Shown here in pieces: positions 1 through 9,374 of a stretch of 64,000 bases of DNA. Location of the stretch: the IMG/VR virus record IMGVR_UViG_3300017963_007659, positions 32,001 to 96,000 of that record. One strand, written 5' to 3'. Below the pieces are notes generated by a model that was given only the letters and a program-made list of their open reading frames with translations, did no database searches and was not told where the DNA came from. A program made the position numbers and the translations under genes. Numbering within the stretch: the first letter of the stretch is position 1; each line of letters opens with the position of its first letter. Origin of the DNA: a virus.

Positions 1-9
1 CCCTACCTC

Positions 10-519
10 ATGTACGATCTGGATGCTGAGGCGTCGGCTCCTCGTGGGGTGCTGGCTGTTTTGGTAGCTCCTGACTTCTCTCATCTCGTGCGCTACGTCA
101 AGATCCCTGCGATCTCGACGGAAGCTCCTGGTGGTGGATACGACCCGGAGACGGATGAGTATGCCCATTGGGCGTCCAGTGACGAGGACAACGTCGTGAA
201 GATCGAAGGTCTTCTCAAAGAGGGGAAGGTCGACGAGGCTATCGAGCTGCTCTCCGCTGATGCTGAGCCCAAGGAAGCGACGTCCAAGACAGGAAGCTAC
301 AAGAGTCTGAAACTCCATGGCGAGATTCACGACCTCCAGACACGCCTCCAGGACAGAATGTCAAAGGAGATTCTTCGTGTTCCCCTTCCGGATGAGACGG
401 TCATCCTGGACTACCCAGACGGAAAGTTCGACAGGCAGATGAAAAAGGCGCTCGACCTCCTAAAGGCGCTCGAAAAAGCTTACGATGCCTACTCTCGGTA
501 CAATCCAGACTACAAGTAG
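10..519 (+). CDS. Hypothetical phage protein, possibly truncated at the window edge
   Basis: 169-aa ORF; the frame is open from base 1 (ccc tac ctc atg), so it may begin upstream. Confidence 0.6.
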   Translation: MYDLDAEASAPRGVLAVLVAPDFSHLVRYVKIPAISTEAPGGGYDPETDEYAHWASSDEDNVVKIEGLLKEGKVDEAIELLSADAEPKEATSKTGSYKSLKLHGEIHDLQTRLQDRMSKEILRVPLPDETVILDYPDGKFDRQMKKALDLLKALEKAYDAYSRYNPDYK

Positions 520-552
520 CTCTTCCTGATCCCTCCTCTCCGCACATCTTCA

Positions 553-560
553 GGTTATCT
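553..560 (+). promoter_or_regulatory. Candidate late-promoter motif GGTTATCT
   Basis: Intergenic, upstream of the 620 structural gene; the motif recurs before many virion genes. Confidence 0.45.
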
Positions 561-619
561 CTCCCTAGGTGAGATATTCCGCCTAGTTAATCTGGTGTCA
601 TGACCAAAGAGGCGTCTTA

Positions 620-3600
620 ATGACCATTAAAGCCTATTTTCAGTACCGTGAACAGGATGCCACCCGCTATTGGAACCTGACCAATGCGAACATTCGGCTC
701 AAAGGTATTCTTGAGGGAACTGGTGTAGTTTCATCCGTAGCTGGCCAGCTTCGGGTAGAGATCGCCCCCTTCACCGTCCAAACCTTCGATGGGATGACTG
801 TCGTCTCCGATGCGATTGAGACGTTGAACGTCACGGACGACGAAGTCTACTACATCGTCCTCTACGCCAAGTACCAGACCCTCGGTACGCCGACCTTGGT
901 ACTTCAGGCAATCACTGCGGCGACCTACGCTGCACATCCTGAGAAAGACTACCTCGTCACCTTCGTTCGCTTGGACATTCCCCCGGCTGCGGTTCAGGTC
1001 AACCCAGCCGACTACGACGGGTCTGTTCGAGACGGTCTGTCTCCTCTTCGTCGTGCCTACTGGAAAGAGGCTGTAGCTGACTTCGCTTCGTTGCCTACCG
1101 ATGAGCAAGAGGTTCAGAACGGCGATATCCGGTTGACGCTGGATACCCACACAGCTTGGGTCTACAATTCTGGAACCACGACCTGGGATGCTCTCTCAGT
1201 CACGACGACTCTGGAAAATGTAGGTGGTCGTCAGGTGGAGTACTTCGCGGACTGGAACCGAGCGGCTAACGGTGACGGTATCGTTGGTGGTAACGATCGC
1301 TACGGAACCTTCAACACCGCGTTCACTACAGACCCCAAGCTCTCTATCCACGAGCACGCTGGCGTAGTGGACATGATTGGAATCGGTCAGATCCACGCAG
1401 CTATCAATGGACACCGTGTCGATACGATTCACACCGACTATACGATGACAACCGCACAGCCTGCTCCTGCTGCGCCTGACCGTTATGACTTGGTGTGGTT
1501 GGAGGTTTGGAGAGAGACCACGCTGAGCCCCGAGACTGAGGTGCATGAGACCTACGGTGGTGGCACAGCAGCGTTCTCTGTAGTCAGAGACGCCTTGGAA
1601 GACCTCAATATCAACTCCAATGAGGTTGCTGGAGCGAACTACGACGTAAACCAGATCACCACGACCGACGACAATCAGTTTGTAGTCACCAAGTGGCGCG
1701 TTTGGGATATGCCCAACGTCGATCCCTTGAACGTCAACCAGCCCCACTACCAGGTGGACTCTGGTGGTATCAAGCCACAGAACATCGACGGCAATAACTT
1801 CGAGCGTCCTCTCTATGGTGTCTACAAGGGCAATGTATGGCGAGCGCTCTCTCCGACAGCCTATGATGACTACTCTTGGGCGATCCCACTCTTGGTCATT
1901 CGACGTACTGAGTTCGAGACCATCGTCGGCAACAACGCTATCAAAATCATTCGCTCGAATGGTGAGCGCTACGTCTGGGAAGTCTACCCAACCGCTGAGG
2001 TAGACAACGGATCTCGCATCACGGGCATGAGTCATATCAATACCGAGACTCAAAAGAAAGAGGATACCCAGCAGCTCGGAGCGTCTGGTTGCCTCAATTA
2101 CCCAGACCTTCAATTGGGAGTGGATACCTTGACGGTTCCCCAAGGGTCTACATTCCACATCGATGGGTACACACACACTCTTCAATCGGACCTGACTATC
2201 ACTCTTCCGGATGCTCCTCTTCTCGCAACGAGGCACGACTTCGTTTATTTGGAGATGACAAGAGCCACGAACCCTGACGAAAGAGTACCCACTGAGACCA
2301 ATGATCTACTCTTCACAGGCTACGATATTTATCGCGGATTCGTCACATACAACTACCAGCTCAATCTTGCGGTCGTTGACGCAGGCGTGGACACTATTAT
2401 TGAAGATGCTATGGCAACGGCTGGATTTGCCAATATCAGCCCTGGTCTCTACCGAGACATCTCCACAACAGACGCGCGTAGTCCTATTGATTACGCCATT
2501 TGGGCCATTCCTGTAGCCATCGTTCACCGCTTGAACCAAGCTGGGTGGGACCGTGCGATACAACCGAATGGTGGTGCTGCGGGTACCCGTCCCGACAACC
2601 GAGACTGGCATGACATCGATGTCGATGATGTGTTGGACCTCCGTCACAAAGTAGTGCTCCCTGGAGAGGACCTGAAGGGTCTTCTGGACGAGTCGCAAGA
2701 GCGACTGTTGAGTGGGAAGCTGCGAACCCGTATGGTACAGCATCCTACATGGGCGAATAACTATGGTACGGGTCTGATGGAACAGACCAGCCTCTCGGTA
2801 GGCGGAACCGCTGGAACGAACAAACTTCCGGCTGACCCTGACACTCTACGCTACATCTGGTCAGATGCAGCCGAACAGGTGGTGTTTGGGGAGACATTCC
2901 CTGCGAATGCTCCTTATGCTGGAACGTATGTCACCTGGAATGGACCGGCCAACCCGGCTACCTTGACGATTGCAGCCCCTCCTGGAGCGTACATCGTCAT
3001 CGGGTCTGGAGACCTCAACCCCATTTTCGGCATTCAACGACATACTGCCTCACCGCAGAACGGCAACGGTCCTGGGATCAGTGACTCAGATAACGGAGAC
3101 AACTTCACCGTCATGTTCCCCAACATCGGTGACTTGCCGTGGACGCAGACGTCATTTGATGCAAACGGTAACGCCATTGCGTGTTCAATAACTACAAACT
3201 GGGTGTCAACAATCAACCCCGCTGATGCTGATGCTGTCATGCACGTCTACTACTGGATTTGCTATGACCGTTCGACGCAGCTCGACGGACAGGGCAATAT
3301 CTACAACGACTTGAACCAAGGCTTTCAGCACGTGCCCGACGAGGTCATTCTCGCGGAGAACTTTGCCGGGGGTAATGACCCAGCCATTGGTCCGCTAGCT
3401 CGGGAAATGACCTACGTGAACTACACAGGAGCTTCGCTGACCATCACAGCAGCTCAGATTACCGCAGCGTACCCTGAGTTCGCTGGACCACCGAAGATCT
3501 ATGGTGTGCCTGTAGTCCATACAGAGGGACGTTCTATTATGCACGCCAACGCGACAAATCCATCCAGTGAGATTTCTATCTCTCTCGACGACGCGTTTAC

Positions 3601-5098
3601 AGACATCACCATCACGCCAACAGTAGCTTGGGTCAATGAGAATATAAAAGTTCTCGTTATCTTTGACGACGTTGGCTATGAGGGGTGGTTCGACTTCCGC
3701 CAACACACCAAGAGCCTCATGGGACCATGCTTCTGGTCAGTGCAGGGACCATGGACTCCTGGAGCGGTGGAAAGTGGCGTTCTCATAGAGCTAGCTGCGG
3801 GGCAATACAGCCTTCCTATGGATGAAGTGATTAAGGAAGGTATGGTAGCAGGTGGTATCCAAGAAGATGCATGGGGCAATCCTGGACGTATGAACATCCA
3901 TGGGCTTGTCTACTGGAGAGCCGCTGGTTCTCCTCCAGGCACTCCTTGGGAGATGACCACATGGGCTGGAGACCCCTTTGAGCCCTTCATGCGCTTCGGA
4001 GCACTCAACTCCCATGTATTCACATTCATGTTCGAGACGGTACCCGCTGTACCTCTTGCCTATGAATTCATGTTCGTGATCCCGGTCACAAACCCTGCTG
4101 GACCAGCCGCCGATTACATCTTCACGACGAAGTATACGCCCTATCAAGGGAAAAACACCGCATCCTCCGCTGACATTGACGAAGACCTCCATGGAGTTTG
4201 CGTGGCTAGTGGAGACCCGGCTTGGACGACAAGAGGATCGAACGATCCCCGTATCCAAGCCCTCGACCAACCCACCGGTTACATTGACCGCACGGATATC
4301 GTCTCAAGTGACCCCAGCAGATGTCTGACAACACACCAACAGAACGATACCTACTGTCTCGTTCAAAGCTGGCGAGACGACTACAAGAATGAGAGGCATG
4401 TAGCAGGGAACGCCTCCGCGCGTCTTCCTCTAGTTGACCCCACGAACAACATCTTCGCCCTCTCCAGTCCGGAGTTTGGATTAGATTCCTCGCTTCGTTA
4501 TGAAATCCTTGTGATAGGTGGTTTTACCGAGCGCGAAGCGACGGACTTTGCGTCTTCGGGGTCTATGCCGTCAGCTTCTCCGTACACCCTTGGGACCATT
4601 GAGGAGCCAGTGATTGGGTCATTGCTGAAACCCGGCTCCATTATTCGTTGGCCTCTTGGTATGTCAGTTATCACGAAGTCCGCTCTTCGGGATGCTGGAA
4701 TAGTACAGGGACAGCGTGGATGGTCGATAGCTCACGAATATCTCCAGTCGACATTCCTACCTCCTGGATATTACTTCCCGACCTGTACGGCTTCATACCT
4801 GCCAGGAGGAAGTGGTCATAACTGGAATCTGCTTCTTCGGGAGCTTGGTGTCTCGTATCTGGAAGCGCCCGAATTCTTCAGCATGGGGACTTCCCTGACA
4901 CTCACGATAACGGCAGCAGCACTTGGCTACCACTGTGCCCTCATTTCTCCGGACCAGGACCCAGGGGTACTACGCATGCAGGTCACAACAGCACAGCTTC
5001 CTGCCACCGTCAGCGGTACGACGGTCAATGCTGTCGGAAACACGTTCGATGCATTCTTGCCACACCGCAATCTGATCTTGAGTTGGAATGCTGGGTAG
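620..5098 (+). CDS. Large virion structural protein (baseplate/fibre-anchoring type)
   Basis: 1492 aa, beta-rich. Internal duplicated motifs (RYDLVWLEVWRE / RHDFVYLEMTRA; WAIPLLVIRR / WAIPVAIVHRLN...RPD...DVLDLR) resemble phage fibre/baseplate proteins; lies in the structural cluster. Confidence 0.65.
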   Translation: MTIKAYFQYREQDATRYWNLTNANIRLKGILEGTGVVSSVAGQLRVEIAPFTVQTFDGMTVVSDAIETLNVTDDEVYYIVLYAKYQTLGTPTLVLQAITAATYAAHPEKDYLVTFVRLDIPPAAVQVNPADYDGSVRDGLSPLRRAYWKEAVADFASLPTDEQEVQNGDIRLTLDTHTAWVYNSGTTTWDALSVTTTLENVGGRQVEYFADWNRAANGDGIVGGNDRYGTFNTAFTTDPKLSIHEHAGVVDMIGIGQIHAAINGHRVDTIHTDYTMTTAQPAPAAPDRYDLVWLEVWRETTLSPETEVHETYGGGTAAFSVVRDALEDLNINSNEVAGANYDVNQITTTDDNQFVVTKWRVWDMPNVDPLNVNQPHYQVDSGGIKPQNIDGNNFERPLYGVYKGNVWRALSPTAYDDYSWAIPLLVIRRTEFETIVGNNAIKIIRSNGERYVWEVYPTAEVDNGSRITGMSHINTETQKKEDTQQLGASGCLNYPDLQLGVDTLTVPQGSTFHIDGYTHTLQSDLTITLPDAPLLATRHDFVYLEMTRATNPDERVPTETNDLLFTGYDIYRGFVTYNYQLNLAVVDAGVDTIIEDAMATAGFANISPGLYRDISTTDARSPIDYAIWAIPVAIVHRLNQAGWDRAIQPNGGAAGTRPDNRDWHDIDVDDVLDLRHKVVLPGEDLKGLLDESQERLLSGKLRTRMVQHPTWANNYGTGLMEQTSLSVGGTAGTNKLPADPDTLRYIWSDAAEQVVFGETFPANAPYAGTYVTWNGPANPATLTIAAPPGAYIVIGSGDLNPIFGIQRHTASPQNGNGPGISDSDNGDNFTVMFPNIGDLPWTQTSFDANGNAIACSITTNWVSTINPADADAVMHVYYWICYDRSTQLDGQGNIYNDLNQGFQHVPDEVILAENFAGGNDPAIGPLAREMTYVNYTGASLTITAAQITAAYPEFAGPPKIYGVPVVHTEGRSIMHANATNPSSEISISLDDAFTDITITPTVAWVNENIKVLVIFDDVGYEGWFDFRQHTKSLMGPCFWSVQGPWTPGAVESGVLIELAAGQYSLPMDEVIKEGMVAGGIQEDAWGNPGRMNIHGLVYWRAAGSPPGTPWEMTTWAGDPFEPFMRFGALNSHVFTFMFETVPAVPLAYEFMFVIPVTNPAGPAADYIFTTKYTPYQGKNTASSADIDEDLHGVCVASGDPAWTTRGSNDPRIQALDQPTGYIDRTDIVSSDPSRCLTTHQQNDTYCLVQSWRDDYKNERHVAGNASARLPLVDPTNNIFALSSPEFGLDSSLRYEILVIGGFTEREATDFASSGSMPSASPYTLGTIEEPVIGSLLKPGSIIRWPLGMSVITKSALRDAGIVQGQRGWSIAHEYLQSTFLPPGYYFPTCTASYLPGGSGHNWNLLLRELGVSYLEAPEFFSMGTSLTLTITAAALGYHCALISPDQDPGVLRMQVTTAQLPATVSGTTVNAVGNTFDAFLPHRNLILSWNAG

Positions 5099-5109
5099 GA
5101 GGTAACTTT

Positions 5110-5772
5110 ATGAGTTCCGTAGCATTTTTCGTCAAAAAAGGGGTGGTGGTCCGAAAGTCTACTACCGACTTTACTCCAAAAGAGGGAGAAAAGCTAGTAG
5201 TTCTGGATGAGGAAACGGCAAAAGGGATGACGGTCACCCCATGGATCCCAGGGTCTTCTCTCTATGACAAGCCAGAGGACTTTCCCTTCTGCAAGATCTC
5301 TGCGGATGATATCCAAACGGAGTACACGCCTCCGACAGTGGACAGGCAGGCGAAGAAAGTAGAAGCGCTTCTTAGCTCCATTCTTGTAGTCTTGGGGAAG
5401 TCTCTTCCAACGGAGCTTCAAGAATCCCTTAGCCTCCTCCAGTCCCAACTCGCTGTCCATGCGGAGATGGAAGAGTATTGGGGACGTGTGGTCTATACAG
5501 AGGGAGCAGCTACTCTCACGGACGGTGACGGAATTACCGTAGAGGTCGTTCAAGACGGTGAGCTGAAAGTGACCTTCGAGAGTGCTTTCGCTGAGACCGC
5601 TTCCTTTGGGGTCTGGGTCACCTTCGAGACCGATGGCGTGCGCTATGTCACGTCACACAGTGTAGGTGGAACAGACTGTACGATCTCCCTTAAAGCCATC
5701 TCAGATGGGGCTGCTGTCACTGAAGCCACCTTCTCCGTTCTCGCCAAGGGTCGTCTCGGCTCCGCAGAATAA
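5110..5772 (+). CDS. Putative virion protein with a C-terminal small beta-sandwich (gp53-C/H-lectin-like)
   Basis: GGAGG SD before ATG 5110; the C-terminus VTFESAF...VWVT...FSVLAKG resembles fibre-tip beta-sandwich domains. Confidence 0.55.
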   Translation: MSSVAFFVKKGVVVRKSTTDFTPKEGEKLVVLDEETAKGMTVTPWIPGSSLYDKPEDFPFCKISADDIQTEYTPPTVDRQAKKVEALLSSILVVLGKSLPTELQESLSLLQSQLAVHAEMEEYWGRVVYTEGAATLTDGDGITVEVVQDGELKVTFESAFAETASFGVWVTFETDGVRYVTSHSVGGTDCTISLKAISDGAAVTEATFSVLAKGRLGSAE

Positions 5773-5822
5773 CGCACTTTTTCTTCAAGAATGACCGTAT
5801 CTGTCACTGGAAGATAAAAATT

Positions 5823-5832
5823 CCAGTCAAAG
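5823..5832 (+). promoter_or_regulatory. Candidate phage middle-promoter motif CCAGTCAAAG
   Basis: Intergenic, preceded by an A-tract, 14 nt before ATG 5847. Confidence 0.6.
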
Positions 5833-5846
5833 GTATGTAGGGAGAT

Positions 5847-7236
5847 ATGACGATGGAGAAAACTATCTACAGCCTGATTTCAACCATTCTTGTAGGATTA
5901 CTTGTAGTTGCTGGCTGCGGAGCTGAACCACGCTCCCAGGACGACCCCTTCGATGCCGATGTGGAAGAAGACGGAGATGTGGAGTCTGACGCCTCAGATG
6001 GAGATGCGGACGGAGACTCTGACGGCGATGCGGACGGCGAAGGAGGCCCAGACTACGAGGGGGATGAACCTGGAGAGTGTGACGACGGAGCTGACAACGA
6101 CCGTGACGGTCTCTTCGATTGTGATGACGATGGCTGTGCTGGTAGCCCCGTCTGCGATCAAACAGATGGAGATGCGGATGCTGACTCTGATGGCGACAGC
6201 GATGGCGATGGCGACGGGGATTCAGATAGTGACTCCGACGCTGATGAAGATGAGGACGTTGACGAGGAGGAGGAAGACGCAGACATCGACGAAGATGTAG
6301 GAGGACGAAGAGGAGGAGCCGTGCGGAGGCTGTTCCACAGGCTTCACCTGCTGCGATGATCGCTGTGTAGCTCTAGATGTCGATGAGATGAACTGCGGAG
6401 GTTGTGGCCTCCAGTGTGGCTCCGGAACGGACTGTGTCTCAGGGGAGTGTCTCTGTAGCTGGACTCTTCATGGAACGGACCTCTCCATCGTCTGTGACCC
6501 CGGAGCCGGTTGCTGCGTCAGCGATACCACGGGCATGGGGGAATGTGTGAACCTACGAATCGGAGCCCTCGACGACGACAATTGGGAAGAGACTACCCAC
6601 TGTGGTACCTGCAACAATAGCTGTAATGGCTGGTCCTGTCGGGAAGGGGAATGCTGCTTCGAGTATGACCCCGCGACTTGGGAGACCTGGGATGAGTGTC
6701 CTACCCCTGAGCACATGTTGACTCCAGACTGTGGTGGCGACTGTGGTCCAGACGGTACCTGCTGCGGAGACCGCTGCGTGGATACGGAACAGGACGAGAT
6801 GAACTGTGGTGGTTGCGGTCGAGAGTGCGGGGATGGAGCTACCTGTGTTGAAGGCGTGTGCCGCTGTCTACAATCGAGCGGCTATGAGGAAGGTGTCGAC
6901 TGTCGGTCATGGGGAGCGTGCTGCCGAGAAGGCTGGATAGGGGAACCCCGCTGTGTGGATATCATCGATGGGGTGAGCAGCGGTGGTGGAGATGTCACAC
7001 ATTGTGGTGGATGCGGAACCGTCTGCTACTACATCGATGAACCCCCTTACGATAGCGCGCAAGAGTGCGTTGACGCAATGTGTTATGTTGAGACGGATGC
7101 TGGCTATTGTACTCGTGACACGGACTGTCCTGATCCTCCTGCCTGGTTGTTTGACACCTCGACTCCTACTGTAGAATGCAGAGCAACGCGCTGCGTCGTG
7201 ACCTATCCTCCCTACGGTGCTCCTTTCGGCGGCTGA
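5847..7236 (+). pseudogene. Myxobacterial-type Cys-rich lipoprotein, split by a +1 frameshift at about 6300
   Basis: Lipobox VAG-C, CDDGADNDRDGLFDCDDDGC motif and an acidic DG/DS linker. Removing one G from gtaGgag joins the 5847 frame to EDEEEEPCGGCSTGFTCCDDRCV...NCGGCG, giving about 462 aa with CVD...NCGGCG.C repeats (Stig1/MXAN_6577-like). Confidence 0.8.
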
Positions 7237-7251
7237 CCTCTTTGAACTGAA

Positions 7252-7261
7252 GCAGTCAAAG
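7252..7261 (+). promoter_or_regulatory. Candidate middle-promoter motif GCAGTCAAAG
   Basis: Intergenic, exactly 6 nt before ATG 7268. Confidence 0.5.
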
Positions 7262-7267
7262 AGTGGT

Positions 7268-7528
7268 ATGCACATCAGTAGAGCGCATCCATCTTTCGGT
7301 CTATATGTTCACGCGGTGCAGGAGGGACAACGCATTCCCTGTCTCCATACCGTCAGCACTGATAACAAACAGTATCTGACAAACGACCTGATTGGTGGTG
7401 TCTACGACTACCTCTACGTCAAACTGTCGGATCTCCCCCGCATGCCTCTTCAAACCCTCCGAGACTTCTACGATACCAAAGAGGAGCATGAGATCAGGAT
7501 TATTGAGAAGGATCCCTACCGTGAATGA
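7268..7528 (+). CDS. Hypothetical protein
   Basis: ORF from ATG 7268 (MHISRAHP...), directly after the motif. Confidence 0.6.
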   Translation: MHISRAHPSFGLYVHAVQEGQRIPCLHTVSTDNKQYLTNDLIGGVYDYLYVKLSDLPRMPLQTLRDFYDTKEEHEIRIIEKDPYRE

Positions 7529-7937
7529 GGGAGGATGCAAGCTCGCAGAATTTCAGGAGCTTCCTCTTCTGGACGCCCTCTTCCATGTTGGTGCGTTCTT
7601 TGAGACGCTCATAGCTTCAACACACAGTTTGGCCCAACGCCTCATCATAAAGAGCCCTTTGGGGTGCGCACTGAAGGTCTTCTGCCATGATGCGGAGAAC
7701 CGAGCGCTTCTTGTAGAAGCTGTGGAAAAGGCTCTTGAAGTTCCCATTCAGGAAGGCTGCGTACACAACAATGACCATGGCTTCTTCGGGATCATGGTGA
7801 TTCTTGAAGCCGAAGATCATCAGCAGACACTATGCCAGATTGCGGATATGATTGCTACAAGAATCCCTCTCGGGTGTATGGGGTGCTATCTTCGCGCGTT
7901 CGTTCGGAAGTACGCCGATCCTGACCTCCTCTGGTAG
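7521..7937 (+). CDS. Hypothetical protein
   Basis: 3' part of ORF 7392..7937; the GTG start overlapping the upstream stop is a guess. Confidence 0.55.
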   Translation: MNEGGCKLAEFQELPLLDALFHVGAFFETLIASTHSLAQRLIIKSPLGCALKVFCHDAENRALLVEAVEKALEVPIQEGCVHNNDHGFFGIMVILEAEDHQQTLCQIADMIATRIPLGCMGCYLRAFVRKYADPDLLW

Positions 7938-7956
7938 CCCAAAGGCCCCTCCATCA

Positions 7957-7964
7957 GGTTACCT
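7957..7964 (+). promoter_or_regulatory. Candidate late-promoter motif GGTTACCT
   Basis: Intergenic; the GGTTAC hexamer ends 11 nt before ATG 7974. Confidence 0.45.
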
Positions 7965-7973
7965 TATGTAAGG

Positions 7974-9044
7974 ATGACGTACCATTTCCTTAAAAGACGA
8001 GTCCATTCAGCTTTTGAGATGCACACTATCCTCCGTGAGTGGATGATTGGACCTCTTGGCTGGACAGACATAGACAACGACCCTGGTGGTGGTTCCTTCG
8101 GCTTGGTCGCTTCAAGTACCGATGGTATCCTGACGACCAGCTTCCCTCGACGCATCTCTTCTGGGTCCAGCCTCTTCACCCCTGCGATGGTAGGGCAATG
8201 GCTCGTGACCTACGGCACAACTCTCGACCAGAACAAAGGCGTCTTCAAGATTGGGCGCTACATCGACCCTCAGAACATCGAATGTGTCGATGGGCTCTTC
8301 GGACCGAACTTCACCACAGAGTCTCCTGTGAACTGGAGAGTGGTCGATCCTACTCTGAACATCGGAAACTCCTGGTTCGTGGCTCAAGCCTACAACGGTT
8401 GGGAAGTCCGCGTCTATACAACAGGTGTAGCTACCGAGATTCATTATGAAACTGGACCTTTCGGTGGGTGGGACTCCGTGGGTGACGCTTGGACGCAACC
8501 TGTGACGAGCAGTGCCTACATCACAGAAGGAACAAACCAGAGTTGGACATGGTTCGGTCCTGATTCTCCAGGAAACACTCACATTGTAGGTGTGAGTGAT
8601 GACGACTACGACACTGTGCGCGAGATCGCCTACATAGGGGAAATCAATGCATTTTATCCTGCATCAGACCCCTCTCCTGTGATTTGTTTGGGAGGGGCTC
8701 CGGATTTGACTCCTGCTGGCTTCTTGGGAGGGGCACGTGGAGGTCAGATAGCTGCGGATGACGTCACACCTGTCGACGTTGTATCTCTAGAGTTCGGTGA
8801 CGGAGGGGTTGCCTTCGAGTTTTTCCAAGACTTGGAGCCGAACGCATGGGATGGCTTTTGGGATGAAGCTGATATTGAGGTGAGTGCGCTAGCAGGGGTC
8901 AACTCTGAGAACCGAGGCGTTCTATACGACGTTCGGTTGTGTAGTACCTTGCTAAGACGGAGGGAATCTCTCAATAATGGTCGGACACGCCTTTCGTTGG
9001 GAACGGGAGTCAGCGTGCTGTCGGATGGAGGTTCTCTCGGATAA
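7974..9044 (+). CDS. Virion structural protein, paralog of 9375
   Basis: 356 aa; shares F..A.VG..L..Y......N.G.F.I..Y.DP and a C-terminal arrangement with 9375..10922. Confidence 0.6.
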   Translation: MTYHFLKRRVHSAFEMHTILREWMIGPLGWTDIDNDPGGGSFGLVASSTDGILTTSFPRRISSGSSLFTPAMVGQWLVTYGTTLDQNKGVFKIGRYIDPQNIECVDGLFGPNFTTESPVNWRVVDPTLNIGNSWFVAQAYNGWEVRVYTTGVATEIHYETGPFGGWDSVGDAWTQPVTSSAYITEGTNQSWTWFGPDSPGNTHIVGVSDDDYDTVREIAYIGEINAFYPASDPSPVICLGGAPDLTPAGFLGGARGGQIAADDVTPVDVVSLEFGDGGVAFEFFQDLEPNAWDGFWDEADIEVSALAGVNSENRGVLYDVRLCSTLLRRRESLNNGRTRLSLGTGVSVLSDGGSLG

Positions 9045-9059
9045 CCAGAGAGGACTGAT

Positions 9060-9365
9060 TTGATCCTACAGAAGACTGCCATACTCGGGGCATTGTTGGT
9101 TGCGGTTCGTAAAGGAAAGAAAGTACAGAATGTAACGAAGATCGATACCGACGCAAAGACGGTACGAGATGTTACAGGAAAAACATATCAGGTCGACTTC
9201 TTCGTTGCCCTCAAGCCTCCTGTCTTTCTACATAGCAAGCTGGAGGCTCTTGGTATCGAATGGACGGGAGATGTCGCTGCTTACATTAAAAGGAAGAAGC
9301 GACAGTTGAACCAAGAGAAACGCCGCTCGAAGCGGAAGATCAAAGACGAGCAAGCGGCTGCATAG
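9060..9365 (+). CDS. Small basic hypothetical protein
   Basis: TTG start with GAGAGG SD; fills the gap between structural genes. Confidence 0.6.
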   Translation: MILQKTAILGALLVAVRKGKKVQNVTKIDTDAKTVRDVTGKTYQVDFFVALKPPVFLHSKLEALGIEWTGDVAAYIKRKKRQLNQEKRRSKRKIKDEQAAA

Positions 9366-9374
9366 GATCAAACG

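Noticed and set aside
5908-6300. Alternative-frame ORF overlapping the lipoprotein linker
   Set aside because: It is an M/T/R-rich frame shadow of the GAT/GAC/GGC repeats, not a plausible protein
5950-6300. Repetitive GAYGGC/GAYGCN tract as a CRISPR array or tandem DNA repeat
   Set aside because: It is a low-complexity coding linker (Asp/Gly/Ser/Ala) with no constant repeat-spacer structure
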